Source of the DNA: Hyphomicrobiales bacterium
GTDB lineage: Bacteria; Pseudomonadota; Alphaproteobacteria; Rhizobiales; RI-29
Direction of reading: 5' to 3'
Length of the DNA stretch: 64,000 bases
Assembly: GCA_016125495.1 (NCBI GenBank)
Contig: WGLQ01000002.1
Coordinates: forward strand, 26,969-90,968
Part shown: piece after piece, positions 37,742 through 47,294 of the stretch
How positions within the stretch are numbered: the first letter of the stretch is position 1
How the letters are laid out: each line of letters starts with the position of its first letter
The notes under the pieces: model-generated
What the model was told of the DNA's origin: nothing
Database searches by the model: none
The model's input: the letters and a program-made list of their open reading frames with translations, nothing else
Made by a program: the position numbers and the translations under genes

Positions 37742-38527
37742 TCAGCGCCCCTTCCAGACGGGGTCACGCCTTTCCGCGAAGGCGCGCTGGCCTTCCTTCT
37801 GATCCTCGCTTTGATAGAGGGTGCGGCAGGTGGCGAGGGACCCGTCCGCCGTCATGCGGATGGCCTCGTGGAAGCTGCGTCCCTCGGCCTCGCGAACGAC
37901 CTCCTTCAGTGCCGCATAGACCAGCGGAGGACCGGAAGCGAGGAGGGAGGCCAGTTCGCGTGCCTTCGCCATCAACTCGCCGGCCGGTACGATCTCCTTG
38001 ACGAGCCCGAGGCGGTGGGCCTCGGCTGCGTCCATCCAGCGTCCGGTGAGGAGGAGGTCCATCGCCGTGTGGTAGGGGATGCGTTTCGGGAGCTTTATCG
38101 TGGCGGCATCGGCGAGCGTGCCGGCACGAATCTCGGGAAGTGCGAAGCTCGCATGTTCGGCGGCGATGATGAGATCAGCCGAGAGCGCGATCTCGAAGCC
38201 GCCGCCAACAGCCATGCCGTTGACGGCCGCGATGATCGGCTTGTTCAGGTTGGGCAATTCCTGCATGCCCCCGAATCCGCCGATGCCGTAGTCGGATTCG
38301 TAACCCTCCATGGCCGCGGCTTCCTTGAGGTCCCAGCCGGCGGAAAAGAATTTCTCGCCCGCCCCGGTGACGATGGCTACGCGCAAATCGGGATCGTCCC
38401 TGAAGTCGCGGAAGATTTCGCCCATGAGGCGGCTGGTCGCGTAGCTGATCGCGTTCGCCTTGGGGCGGTCGATGGTGACTTCGAGGACGTGGCCGTTGCG
38501 GGTGGTGCGGACGGGGGTGTCGGTCAT
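37742..38527 (-). CDS. caiD: Carnitinyl-CoA dehydratase / crotonobetainyl-CoA hydratase (crotonase family)
   Basis: Near-colinear with E. coli CaiD as I recall it: TRNGHVLEVTIDRPKANAI, LRVAIVTGAGEKFFSAGWDLK, AAVNGMAVGGGFEIALSADLIIAAEHASFALPE, and the C-terminal FAERRDPVWKGR. Confidence 0.85.
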   Translation of the reverse strand: MTDTPVRTTRNGHVLEVTIDRPKANAISYATSRLMGEIFRDFRDDPDLRVAIVTGAGEKFFSAGWDLKEAAAMEGYESDYGIGGFGGMQELPNLNKPIIAAVNGMAVGGGFEIALSADLIIAAEHASFALPEIRAGTLADAATIKLPKRIPYHTAMDLLLTGRWMDAAEAHRLGLVKEIVPAGELMAKARELASLLASGPPLVYAALKEVVREAEGRSFHEAIRMTADGSLATCRTLYQSEDQKEGQRAFAERRDPVWKGR

Positions 38528-38554
38528 CGGCGGCTCCTTGAGGCTCGGGATTGG

Positions 38555-40669
38555 TCAGGTTCGGGTGGCGGTCGGCTCGCGGTCGTGGATGACGACGGCA
38601 TCGACGGCGAGCGCGCCGCGCCCTTCGGGCAGGACCATCAACGGATTGACGTCGATGGCAACGAGGCTCGAGGCGTTTGCCTCGGCATATCGCGCGACCG
38701 CCAGGATTGCATCGATCGCGGCCTCAGTGTCGCCGCGCGCTCCGCCGCGCCAGCCCTCGAGGAGGCGGGAAATCCGCAAGCGGGCCAGACCTGCCGAAAT
38801 CTCCTCGCGTGTCGTGGGCAGGAGCAGCAGGGTCTTGTCGTTCAGCAGTTCGGCGAACACGCCGCCGGCACCGAGGAGCAGAACGAGTCCGGCGATTGGA
38901 TCACGATTGACGCCCACGATGAGTTCCGCCACTGGGCGCGGCGCCATACGCTCGACCAGGATGCGGTCGGAGAGGGCAAGGAGGTCGGCGGCGGAGCCAC
39001 GTACCGATGCCTCGTCGCCGAGCCCGAGGCGGACCCCGCCAATTTCCGTCTTGTGGAGAAATTCAGCGCCGACGACCTTGAGGGCAACGGGAAAGCCGAT
39101 GTCGAGGGCGGCGGCAACCGCCTCGGACTGCGTTCTGCAGACGCGAGACGAAGGTACCGGGAGGCCAAATTCGGCAAGTGCCGTCTTGGAGGCGGGCTCA
39201 TCGAGCGGCCGACCGGAGGCGTCGGGGTCGTGGCCGGCCGTTGCGCGCGCGCCGAGGGGGGAGTAGGGCGGGCGTTCGCGGCCGGCTTTCGCTGCGATCG
39301 CGATTGCGGCGAGGGCGGCGTCGATGTCGATGAGGGGGGCAATCCCCCGAGCGAGGAGGGCGGCGCCCTGGAGCTCCGGGATGCTTTCGCCGAGCGTTGC
39401 AATAACGGCCGCTCGAGCGCCAGTCGTGGCGGCGGCGGCGGCGAAGGCTTCGGTCGCGACGTCCCAATCGGCAGGATCGCAGCGGTCGCGGCGCGGCGGG
39501 TCGTTGATGAGGGCGGTCATGTCGAAGGAAGAGCGCATGACGGCGGTAAAGGTCGCCTCGAGGCGTGTGCGGTCGCCCCAGTCGAAGGTGTGATAGTCGA
39601 ACGGATTGCCGAGGTGGACGAGGTCGTGGAGGGTCGGGCGGATGCGGGCGTGGTCCTCGGGAGTGAAATCGGCGACCTGCACGTCGTGATGGCGCGCGGC
39701 GTCGGCAACGAGGAGGGCCTCGCCGCCGGAACAGCTCATGGTGCAGATGCGGTTGGCGGGAAGCGGCCCGAAGACATGGAGCAATTTCATGGCCTCGAGA
39801 TAGACGGCGAGATTGTCGACGCGGGCAATGCCGATCCGCTCGAGGAGGAGGTCCATCACATCGTCGCTTCCGGCCATGGAGCCGGTGTGCGTCATGGCGA
39901 TGTCGGAGCCGGCGGCGCTTCGCCCGGCCTTGAGGGCGATGACCGGCACGCCGAGCCGATGGGCAGCGGCGGTCGCTTCGGAAAGGCGCGTCGGATCGCC
40001 TAATCCCTCCATCAAGAGGCCGATCGCCGTGACGCGGCCGGTCTCAGCGAGTGCCTCGATCATGTCGGGCATGGCGACGTTGGCCTGATTGCCCATGGCG
40101 CAGACATACGCGATCGGAAGGCTGCGGCGGTTCATCGTCACGTTGCAGGCGATGTTGCCGGATTGCAGGAGGAGGGCAACTCCCCGCTCGAGGGGGGCGC
40201 CGCCGTGCTCGTCGGGCCAGAGGAGAGCATTGTCGATGTAGTTGATGAGCCCGTAACAGTTCGGGCCGAGGAAGGGCATCGGGCCGGCCGCGGCCGACAG
40301 CCTGTCCTGCAGGGCCTTTCCGTCCGGTCCGGTCTCGGCGAAGCCGGAGGCGAAGCAGACCGCACCGCCCGCACCCATTGCCGCCAGGTCGCCGATCACG
40401 CGCACGCTTTCGTGACGGTTGACGGCGACGAAAGCGGCGTCCGGCGCAGCGGGAAGGGCGGCCAGATCGGGAAACGTCGGCAGGCCGCACATTTCGGTCC
40501 GCGTCGGCGTCACCGGCCAGAGGTTGCCCCTGAAGCCGGTTGCAAGGCAACGCTTGACGACGCGTTCGGCCCAGCGGCCGCCGAGGACGGCGATGCTGCG
40601 CGGGGCGAGCAGGCGGGAGAAGTCGCGGCGGCCAGGGCCCGTCGGTCGGGGGGGTGCGGTGGTGCTCAT
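38555..40669 (-). CDS. ADP-forming acyl-CoA synthetase (acetate--CoA ligase family: CoA-binding, ligase-CoA and ATP-grasp domains)
   Basis: 704 aa. N-terminal CoA-binding SIAVLGG...VNRHESVRVIGDLAAMGAGGAVCFASGFAE, and C-terminal ATP-grasp-like FPVALKVVGAEFLHKTEIGGVRLGL. The start abuts the ACAD stop with no gap. Confidence 0.8.
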   Translation of the reverse strand: MSTTAPPRPTGPGRRDFSRLLAPRSIAVLGGRWAERVVKRCLATGFRGNLWPVTPTRTEMCGLPTFPDLAALPAAPDAAFVAVNRHESVRVIGDLAAMGAGGAVCFASGFAETGPDGKALQDRLSAAAGPMPFLGPNCYGLINYIDNALLWPDEHGGAPLERGVALLLQSGNIACNVTMNRRSLPIAYVCAMGNQANVAMPDMIEALAETGRVTAIGLLMEGLGDPTRLSEATAAAHRLGVPVIALKAGRSAAGSDIAMTHTGSMAGSDDVMDLLLERIGIARVDNLAVYLEAMKLLHVFGPLPANRICTMSCSGGEALLVADAARHHDVQVADFTPEDHARIRPTLHDLVHLGNPFDYHTFDWGDRTRLEATFTAVMRSSFDMTALINDPPRRDRCDPADWDVATEAFAAAAATTGARAAVIATLGESIPELQGAALLARGIAPLIDIDAALAAIAIAAKAGRERPPYSPLGARATAGHDPDASGRPLDEPASKTALAEFGLPVPSSRVCRTQSEAVAAALDIGFPVALKVVGAEFLHKTEIGGVRLGLGDEASVRGSAADLLALSDRILVERMAPRPVAELIVGVNRDPIAGLVLLLGAGGVFAELLNDKTLLLLPTTREEISAGLARLRISRLLEGWRGGARGDTEAAIDAILAVARYAEANASSLVAIDVNPLMVLPEGRGALAVDAVVIHDREPTATRT

Positions 40670-41833
40670 CTAGGCTCCGAGAGGACGCAAAAGGGCACGC
40701 GAGATGATATGGCGCTGGATTTCGCTCGTTCCTTCCCAGATGCGCTCGACGCGCGCGTCGCGCCAGATGCGCTCCAGAGGCAGGTCCGACATGAGGCCCA
40801 TGCCGCCGTGGATCTGGATGGCCTCGTCGGCGACCATGGCGAGCACCTCGGTCGCCTTGAGCTTGGCCATCGCCATGTCCTCGTCGCGCACGGTGCCGTG
40901 GTCGAATTTCCACGCCGCCTCGAAGGTGAGGAGTTCGGCGGCCCTCAATTCCATGGCCATGTCGGCGAGCTTGAACGACACGCCCTGGAACTTGCCGATC
41001 TGCTGGCCGAACTGGCGCCGGTTGGCGGCCCAATCGACGGCATGGCCGAGGGCACGGTCGGCGCGACCGAGGCAAGTGGCCGCGACCTGGAGGCGGGTCG
41101 CGCCCAGCCACTGGTTCGCGACTTCGAAGCCCTTGTGCACCTCGCCGAGGACCTGGCTCTTTGGCAACCGGCAATCGGTGAACTCGAGGATGCAATTGGT
41201 GTAGCCGCGATGGGAGACGTTGCGGTAGCCGGGGCGGACGGTGAAGCCGGGGTGGCCCTTGTCGACGAGGAAAGCGGTGATCAGTTTTTTCGGTCCGCGG
41301 GGCGTTGTCTCCTCGCCGGTTGCCGCGAACAGGACGACGAAACTCGCCTCGTCGGCGTGGCTGATGAAATGCTTGACGCCATTGACGACGAAATCGTCCC
41401 CGTCGGCGCGCGCAAACGTCTTCATGCCGCGCAGGTCCGAGCCGTGGTCGGGCTCGGTCATGGCAAGGCAATCGGTTTTCTCGCCACGCACCGCCGGCAG
41501 CAGGTAACGCTCGCGCTGCTCGCCCTCACAGGCCATGAGGATGTTGGAGGGACGGAACACACAGCACCAGTGCAGTGCATAGTTGGCGCGGCCGAGTTCG
41601 CGCTCGTAAAGGACCCAGGTGAGGGTGTCGAGGCCGGCGCCGCCGACGCTTTCGGGCATGTTGGCGGCATAGAGGCCGGCGGCCATGGCCTTGGCGCGCA
41701 GTTCATCGCGCAACTCGGGACGCAGGACGCCGGTCCGCTCGATTTCGTCCTCGTGCGGATAAAGTTCCTTTTCGACGAAGCCACGCGTCGTGGCGACGAT
41801 CATCTCCTGCTCCTCGGTCAAGGCGAAGTGCAT
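40670..41833 (-). CDS. Acyl-CoA dehydrogenase
   Basis: MHFALTEEQEMIVATTRGFVEKEL..., CLAMTEPDHGSDL, and the C-terminal IHGGMGLMSDLPLERIWRDARVERIWEGTSEIQ are canonical ACAD motifs. Start at ATG 41833. Confidence 0.9.
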   Translation of the reverse strand: MHFALTEEQEMIVATTRGFVEKELYPHEDEIERTGVLRPELRDELRAKAMAAGLYAANMPESVGGAGLDTLTWVLYERELGRANYALHWCCVFRPSNILMACEGEQRERYLLPAVRGEKTDCLAMTEPDHGSDLRGMKTFARADGDDFVVNGVKHFISHADEASFVVLFAATGEETTPRGPKKLITAFLVDKGHPGFTVRPGYRNVSHRGYTNCILEFTDCRLPKSQVLGEVHKGFEVANQWLGATRLQVAATCLGRADRALGHAVDWAANRRQFGQQIGKFQGVSFKLADMAMELRAAELLTFEAAWKFDHGTVRDEDMAMAKLKATEVLAMVADEAIQIHGGMGLMSDLPLERIWRDARVERIWEGTSEIQRHIISRALLRPLGA

Positions 41834-41876
41834 CGGTCGGACCCTCCTGGCGCACCCGGTCGCGGGCAAATGGAAA

Positions 41877-43367
41877 TCAGGCGCGCGGCGCGCCGACGTG
41901 GCGACCGGCCTCGGCCGGACGGGGGAGGGCGGCGTGAGCCTCGGCGACGGCACGCAGCCTTGCTTCGACTTCGGGTGCGGCCGGTGTCACCCGGCGCGCC
42001 TTCAGATCGACGTGCAGCAGCATGTGCTCGCCGGTGGCCAGCAGGGTGTCGTTGCGCCCGTTGTAGAGCCTGTGGAAGAGGTGCATGCGTTTGTCATCCG
42101 CACCGAGGACCTGGGTGGTGACGTAGATCGGCTCGAGGGCCTGCACCTCGTCCTTGTGGATGATATGGGTTTCGCCCGTGAAATAGCTCCGTCCAGCGGC
42201 GATGTAGCTGTCGTCTGCGCCGACGAAGTGCATCATGGCGTCGGTGGCGTTCGTGAAGGTTTCGAGATAGCGGCTCTCGTTCATGTGGTTGTTGTAGTCG
42301 GTCCACTCGGGTCGCACCTGGTCCTCGTAGAGGCGCAAAGGGCGGGAGAGGTCGTGACTGCCGGCGTCGGGAGCCGAGGCATGCGTGCGAGCGAGGAGGC
42401 TCGCCTCGTACTCGGAGAGCGTCCTGCCGGCGCCCCAACGGTTCTGGCGGAGCGACTGCATGATGGCAATGAGGTTGTCGTCACGGATGCGCTCGAGCTC
42501 GCGGATGGAAAGACCGGCGGCCTGTTCCTCGCACTGGACGGCGATCTTCTCGACCAGTTCGTCCGTCATCTCGGGCGTGTCCATGAGCTTGGTCCACGGC
42601 CATTTGAGCGCGGGGCCGAACTGCGCCATGAAATGGCGCATGCCCGCCTCGCCACCGGCGATGTTGAAGACCTGGAAGGTGCCCATCTGGGCCCAGCGGA
42701 GGCCGCAACCATAGCGGATAGCGTCGTCGATCTCGGCGGCCGTCGCGATGTCGTCGTGAACGAGCCAGAGGGCCTCGCGCCAAAGGGCCTCCATGAGGCG
42801 GTCGGCGATGAAGGCGTCGATTTCCTTGCGCACGACCAGGGGATGCATTCCGAGCGAGGCATAGAACGATTTCGCGGTCGCGGTCACGGCGAGGGCCGTT
42901 GCGGGGCTCGGCACGATCTCGACCAAAGGAAGGAGATAAACCGGATTAAAGGGGTGGCCGACGAGGAGCCGTTCCGGATTGCGCATGCCTTCCTGGAGAT
43001 CGCTCGGCTTGTAGCCGGAGGTCGAGGAGGCGATCACGACGTCCTGCGGAACGAGCGCCTCGATGTCGGCAAAAAGGCGCCTTTTCAATTCGATACGCTC
43101 GGGCGCGGCCTCCTGGATGAACTGCGCGCCAGCGAGAGCCTCGGCAAGGTCGGTCGTGACCCGAACACTGCCTTGCCGACCGAGCGGGGCGAGGGTCAGC
43201 TTGGACTGGGCGCGGCGGGCGAGGCGCATCACCTCGTCGACCTTGCGTGGCGCCTCGGGATCAGGGTCGACGACGACGACGTCGATGCCGTTGGCCGAGA
43301 AGCGGGCGGCCCAGGCTGCCCCGATCACGCCACCGCCGATGCAGGCGGCCTTTTCCACTGCGCTCAT
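41877..43367 (-). CDS. lcdH: L-carnitine 3-dehydrogenase fused to a C-terminal hotdog-fold thioesterase
   Basis: AACIGGGVIGAAWAARFSANGIDVVVVDP (3-hydroxyacyl-CoA dehydrogenase NAD fold), HPFNPVYLLPLVEIV and IRYGCGLRWAQMGTF. C-terminal ~150 aa is 4HBT-like (PEWTDYNNHMNESRYLETF...GETHIIHKDEV). ATG 43367 after GAGGAAAGAA. Confidence 0.8.
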   Translation of the reverse strand: MSAVEKAACIGGGVIGAAWAARFSANGIDVVVVDPDPEAPRKVDEVMRLARRAQSKLTLAPLGRQGSVRVTTDLAEALAGAQFIQEAAPERIELKRRLFADIEALVPQDVVIASSTSGYKPSDLQEGMRNPERLLVGHPFNPVYLLPLVEIVPSPATALAVTATAKSFYASLGMHPLVVRKEIDAFIADRLMEALWREALWLVHDDIATAAEIDDAIRYGCGLRWAQMGTFQVFNIAGGEAGMRHFMAQFGPALKWPWTKLMDTPEMTDELVEKIAVQCEEQAAGLSIRELERIRDDNLIAIMQSLRQNRWGAGRTLSEYEASLLARTHASAPDAGSHDLSRPLRLYEDQVRPEWTDYNNHMNESRYLETFTNATDAMMHFVGADDSYIAAGRSYFTGETHIIHKDEVQALEPIYVTTQVLGADDKRMHLFHRLYNGRNDTLLATGEHMLLHVDLKARRVTPAAPEVEARLRAVAEAHAALPRPAEAGRHVGAPRA

Positions 43368-43411
43368 TTCTTTCCTCGTTCGACTGACGTCGGGTTGGCG
43401 GCGCGCGGCGC

Positions 43412-44308
43412 TCAGCCGCGCTTCGTGAGAGCGAGGCGCTTGCGAACATCCGCCGGGCCGATGACGGTCGCGCCCATCGCCTCGAGGATGGTCACGGCGC
43501 GCTCGACGAGTTGCCCGTTCGTTGCGAGCACGCCGCGCGAGAGGTAAATATTGTCCTCGAGACCGACCCTGACGTTGCCGCCGGCCAGCGCCGAATGGGC
43601 AACCCAGGGCATCTGCATGCGGCCGATGGCAAAGCTGGACCAGATCGAGCCGGGTGGCAGGTTGTTGACCATGCCCATGAACGTGTTGGTGTCGGCCGGC
43701 GCGCCATAGGGAATGCCCATGCAGAGCTGGATGAGGGCGGGAGAGTCGATCAATCCCTCCCGCATCAGGTCCTTGACCTGCCAGAGGTGGCCGGTGTCGA
43801 AGACCTCGCATTCGGGCTTGACGCCGAGTTCCTTGATCCTCTTGGCCATGGCGCGGAGCATGTCGACGGAGTTGACCATGATGTAGTCGCCACCGGCGAG
43901 GAAGTTCATGGTGCCGCAGTCGAGGGTGCAGATCTCGGGGAGCAATTCGGCGACGTGGGCGAGACGCTCCTCGGCGCCGGCCATGTCGGTGCCCTTTTCC
44001 TTGAGCGGCAGGGGGCGCTCGGGCGAGCCGAGCACGAGGTCGCCGCCCATGCCGGCGGTGAGGTTGATGACGGCATCGACGCCCGAGGAGCGGATGCGGT
44101 CGACAGCTTCCTTGTAGAGGGCAACGGAGCGGGAACCGGCACCCGTTGCGGGATCGCGGACGTGGAGGTGGACGACGGCGGCGCCCGCCTTGGCGGCCTC
44201 GATAGCCGAGGCGGCGATTTCCGCGGGGGTGACCGGAACCTTGTCGCTCTTGTCGGTGGTGGCGCCGGCGCCAGTCACGGCGCAGGTGACGAAGACCTCC
44301 CAGTTCAT
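43412..44308 (-). CDS. Beta-keto acid cleavage enzyme (BKACE/DUF849; 3-dehydrocarnitine cleavage enzyme type)
   Basis: [49 protein letters not shown], the BKACE signature. ATG 44308 after GAGGAG. The longer track ORF extends to 44380. Confidence 0.85.
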   Translation of the reverse strand: MNWEVFVTCAVTGAGATTDKSDKVPVTPAEIAASAIEAAKAGAAVVHLHVRDPATGAGSRSVALYKEAVDRIRSSGVDAVINLTAGMGGDLVLGSPERPLPLKEKGTDMAGAEERLAHVAELLPEICTLDCGTMNFLAGGDYIMVNSVDMLRAMAKRIKELGVKPECEVFDTGHLWQVKDLMREGLIDSPALIQLCMGIPYGAPADTNTFMGMVNNLPPGSIWSSFAIGRMQMPWVAHSALAGGNVRVGLEDNIYLSRGVLATNGQLVERAVTILEAMGATVIGPADVRKRLALTKRG

Positions 44309-44379
44309 CGTGGATCGTCTCCTCTTGCTCAGCATGGTGCGAGCCGAGATGCTATTGCGGGTGGCATCGGCATGCTTCA

Positions 44380-44409
44380 CAATTTGCGTGGAAACTCATG
44401 CAATTTGCG
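44380..44409. promoter_or_regulatory. Direct repeat CAATTTGCG x2 (21-bp register) in the divergent BKACE/regulator promoter region; candidate operator
   Basis: Read directly: CAATTTGCG at 44380-44388 and 44401-44409, within the 166-bp intergenic region between start codons 44308 (-) and 44475 (+). Confidence 0.4.
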
Positions 44410-44474
44410 CAACGCCGCATATCGCCGGACATGCCACGCACGCGGCCGCGCCGGCAACGGTTGGAGGAGGCACG

Positions 44475-45494
44475 ATGCTCTTTCAGGCTCGTGGTGGCAC
44501 CGCGCCGCTCAGACTCGACTTCCTCTTGCTGGAGGAGTTCACGCTTCTCGGGCTGGCGGCGGCCATGGAGCCGCTTCGGGCGGCGAATCGGGCGGCCGGT
44601 CAGGCGCTCTATCGTTGGCGGGTGCTTTCGGCGGACGGGCGACCCGTGGCTTCCTCCAGCGGCATGCAGATGATCGTGGAGGGGGAGTTCAACGCCGAGG
44701 CCGAGCGGGATGCGGTGATCTGTGTGGCCTCGTTCGGGGTGGCGCGTCAGGCGGCGGCTCTGGCGCGGCGATTGCGGACGCTGGCGCGCCGAGGGGTGAC
44801 GCTCGGCGGTATCGATTCGGGTGCCTGGGTGCTGGCGGCGGCGGGGTTGCTCGACGGCTATCGAGCGACCACGCACTGGGAGGATCTGGCCTCGTTCGCG
44901 GCGTCGCACCCGGAGGTCGAGGTCGTGCCGGATCGCTACGTCGTCGACCGGGGGCGGATCACGACGGGTGGCGCGACACCGGCCCTCGAGATGGCGCTCG
45001 ACCTCATCGCCGCCAACCATGGTCTCAACCTCTCGCTGATGGTCGCCAACGCGTTCATCTACGACCACCGCATGCGGGCCGGCGAGCCGCAACCGCTGGT
45101 GCCGGTCGGGCGGCTGGCGCTCGATGCGCCGGAGGTGGCGGAGGCGATCCGGATCATGGAACGGACACTCGCCGCGCCGATCGGCGTCGAGGCGATCGCG
45201 CGCCGGGTGGGGGTGGCGCGGCGCACGCTCGAGGTTGCGTTCCGCCGTGCGCTGGCGACATCGATCAACGCCTACTATCTCGATCTGCGGCTCGGGCATG
45301 CCCGCCGCCTGTTGCAGCACTCGCGGTTGAGCGTCACTGAAATCGCCGACCGCTCAGGCTTTTCCTCCAGCGCGGCGTTCGCACGTGCCTTCCGACGGCA
45401 GTTCGGCGAAACGCCTGGGGCCGCGCGGCGAACGGTCAGCGGCGCGGCGGATCGGCCGGGAGAGGCGATTGCAGGTCGCCGCCTTCGGGACTGA
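44475..45494 (+). CDS. GlxA-family (DJ-1/PfpI domain plus AraC HTH) transcriptional regulator, CdhR/GbdR-like
   Basis: ATG 44475 after GGAGGAGG. LDFLLLEEFTLLGLAAAMEPLRAANR (GATase1-like domain), with C-terminal AraC HTH SVTEIADRSGFSSSAAFARAFRRQFGETPG. Divergent from the carnitine genes. Confidence 0.8.
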   Translation: MLFQARGGTAPLRLDFLLLEEFTLLGLAAAMEPLRAANRAAGQALYRWRVLSADGRPVASSSGMQMIVEGEFNAEAERDAVICVASFGVARQAAALARRLRTLARRGVTLGGIDSGAWVLAAAGLLDGYRATTHWEDLASFAASHPEVEVVPDRYVVDRGRITTGGATPALEMALDLIAANHGLNLSLMVANAFIYDHRMRAGEPQPLVPVGRLALDAPEVAEAIRIMERTLAAPIGVEAIARRVGVARRTLEVAFRRALATSINAYYLDLRLGHARRLLQHSRLSVTEIADRSGFSSSAAFARAFRRQFGETPGAARRTVSGAADRPGEAIAGRRLRD

Positions 45495-46374
45495 CGGCAA
45501 GTGGCTGGCGGCGCTTGCGAACCAGAACCATGGCGAAGGCGATGACGGCTACGCCGAGCCATGTGTGGTCCTCGGGCCGCTCGGACCAGACGAGGTAGCC
45601 GATCGCCGCGGAAAAGAGGAAAATCGAGTAGTCGAACGGCGCTAGTACGCCGATCGACGCAAAACGGCATGCCTGGATGATGAGAATGGTGGCGGCGCCG
45701 CCGAGGAGACCAACACCCGTAAAGGCGAGCCACTCGTCCTGCCAGCCGATATCCCAAGCGGGCAAGGCAACAGGCAGTGCGAGGAGGGACATGCCGAGGG
45801 GCGTTGCGAGCAGCATGGTGTCCGACTCGCCGCGTGCCGCAAGCTCGCGGGTCATCAGCATCGCCGCGCAATAAAAGACCGTTGCGCCAAGTGCGAGCAG
45901 GATGCCTAGAGCCGAGGTATCGTGCCAGTCGAGGCTCCATGGCGAGACGATGAGCAGACCTCCGACGAGGCCGAGGGCGACGAGCCCAGCCTGCCTCAGG
46001 CCTATTTTCTCCATACCGAGGAGCCCTGCACTGATGGTCATGAGCACGGGAGCCAGCAGCGTGATGGCGGCCGCCTTGGCCAGGATGAGATACTTGAGGG
46101 AGATGAAAAATAAGGCGGTGGCGATCGCCGCCGTCGCGATGCGCGCGAGTTGCATGGCCGGACTGGAGGTCGAGAGGACGAAACGCCGCCGCGTCGCGAG
46201 GATGAAGGCGAGGACGGGCAAAAGCGCGAAGGCGCCGCGAAAGAACACGATCTGCGCGAAATCGAAGGTCGCAACGAGATGCTTGGCAAGCGCATCCATC
46301 GCAGCGAGGAGGGCGATGGCGATCGTGTAGAGGCCAGCGCCCAGGAGCGGATCGGAGGACAATTGTCCCTTCAC
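45436..46374 (-). CDS. EamA/DMT-superfamily transporter (putative exporter)
   Basis: About 10 hydrophobic helices in two EamA-like halves (YTIAIALLAAMDALAKHLV...; LLALGATVFYCAAMLMTREL...). GTG start 46374 overlaps the tfuA stop (GTGA at 46371-46374), indicating translational coupling. Confidence 0.8.
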   Translation of the reverse strand: MKGQLSSDPLLGAGLYTIAIALLAAMDALAKHLVATFDFAQIVFFRGAFALLPVLAFILATRRRFVLSTSSPAMQLARIATAAIATALFFISLKYLILAKAAAITLLAPVLMTISAGLLGMEKIGLRQAGLVALGLVGGLLIVSPWSLDWHDTSALGILLALGATVFYCAAMLMTRELAARGESDTMLLATPLGMSLLALPVALPAWDIGWQDEWLAFTGVGLLGGAATILIIQACRFASIGVLAPFDYSIFLFSAAIGYLVWSERPEDHTWLGVAVIAFAMVLVRKRRQPLAVSPEGGDLQSPLPADPPRR

Positions 46375-47138
46375 GGTGTGATGCCACGCTCGGCGAGGAG
46401 ACCAACGAACTGGGCCGTGAGGGGGACGGGCGGGCGCGCGGCCCGGGCGATGCCATCGCCGGGATCGTTTCCCCCGTCCGTCGTCGCGCCGGCGGCGCAG
46501 GCCGAAAGGCGGTCGAGCAGGGCGATGCCATCCTTGCGCTTCAGGTCGAAATCGCCGCCCGACCACCAGGCGGCGAAGCGCTGGCCTAGGTCGTTGCCCT
46601 CGTTGCCGGCACCTTCGAGGGCCGCGACGACGGCCTCGCAGGTGCGTTCCTTGTAGTCGAGGGACTTTGCCGTCGCGACGATCACGCTTGCCTCTTCAGA
46701 GGTTAGCCGGCCGGCCGTGAGCGCCAGTTCGCAGGCGTGGCGAATGTTCACCATCGCCTCGGACAGCGGCATGTAGCCGGCCTCGGCGGGGCCATGGATC
46801 AGCGCCACCTCGTCGTCGTCCTCATGAACCAGGTCGCGGTAGTCGGCGAAGATGCGGCCGACACCTTCCATGCCGAGGGCGTGGAGCTCGGCGGCACGCA
46901 GAGCGCCCATGCTGGATGCGCCGTAGACCCTCGCGCCACGCTCCATGGCCCAGACGATCTCCTTGTGCCAGACCGCACGGGTGGTCTCGAAGAAGCCGTC
47001 GATGATCGCGATGTGGCGTGCGCCGTCTGCAACCGCGGTGGCAACATCCCCGGCCGCGGCGGGGGGGCGAAACTCCAATGACGGCCAGCGCGAGAGGTCG
47101 CACGCCGAGAGGGTGGGGCCGGCAAAAACGACGATCAT
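46371..47138 (-). CDS. tfuA: TfuA-like protein
   Basis: MIVVFAGPTLSACDL...HIAIIDGFFETTRAVWHKEIVWAMERGARVYGASSMGALRAAELHALGMEGVGRIF is the TfuA signature. ATG 47138 lies 8 nt after GAGAGGAG. Confidence 0.9.
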   Translation of the reverse strand: MIVVFAGPTLSACDLSRWPSLEFRPPAAAGDVATAVADGARHIAIIDGFFETTRAVWHKEIVWAMERGARVYGASSMGALRAAELHALGMEGVGRIFADYRDLVHEDDDEVALIHGPAEAGYMPLSEAMVNIRHACELALTAGRLTSEEASVIVATAKSLDYKERTCEAVVAALEGAGNEGNDLGQRFAAWWSGGDFDLKRKDGIALLDRLSACAAGATTDGGNDPGDGIARAARPPVPLTAQFVGLLAERGITP

Positions 47139-47214
47139 CCATTCAGCTCCTCTCGATACGGCGGCCTGCGGCAGAAGACTGGTCAGGCACCCGCGGTCGG
47201 TCCCCCTTCGGAAC

Positions 47215-47236
47215 GGTTGCGATCCTGCACGCAACC
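47215..47236 (-). other. 7-bp GC-rich stem-loop in the ycaO-tfuA intergenic gap
   Basis: GGTTGCG (47215-47221) pairs with CGCAACC (47230-47236), with an 8-nt loop. There is no U-tract, so this is probably an mRNA processing or stability element rather than a terminator. Confidence 0.3.
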
Positions 47237-47294
47237 TCGAACGTGGTCAAATGCCTGGTGGTCCCGCCGTCGATCGCGAACGGTGTGCGCCGCT

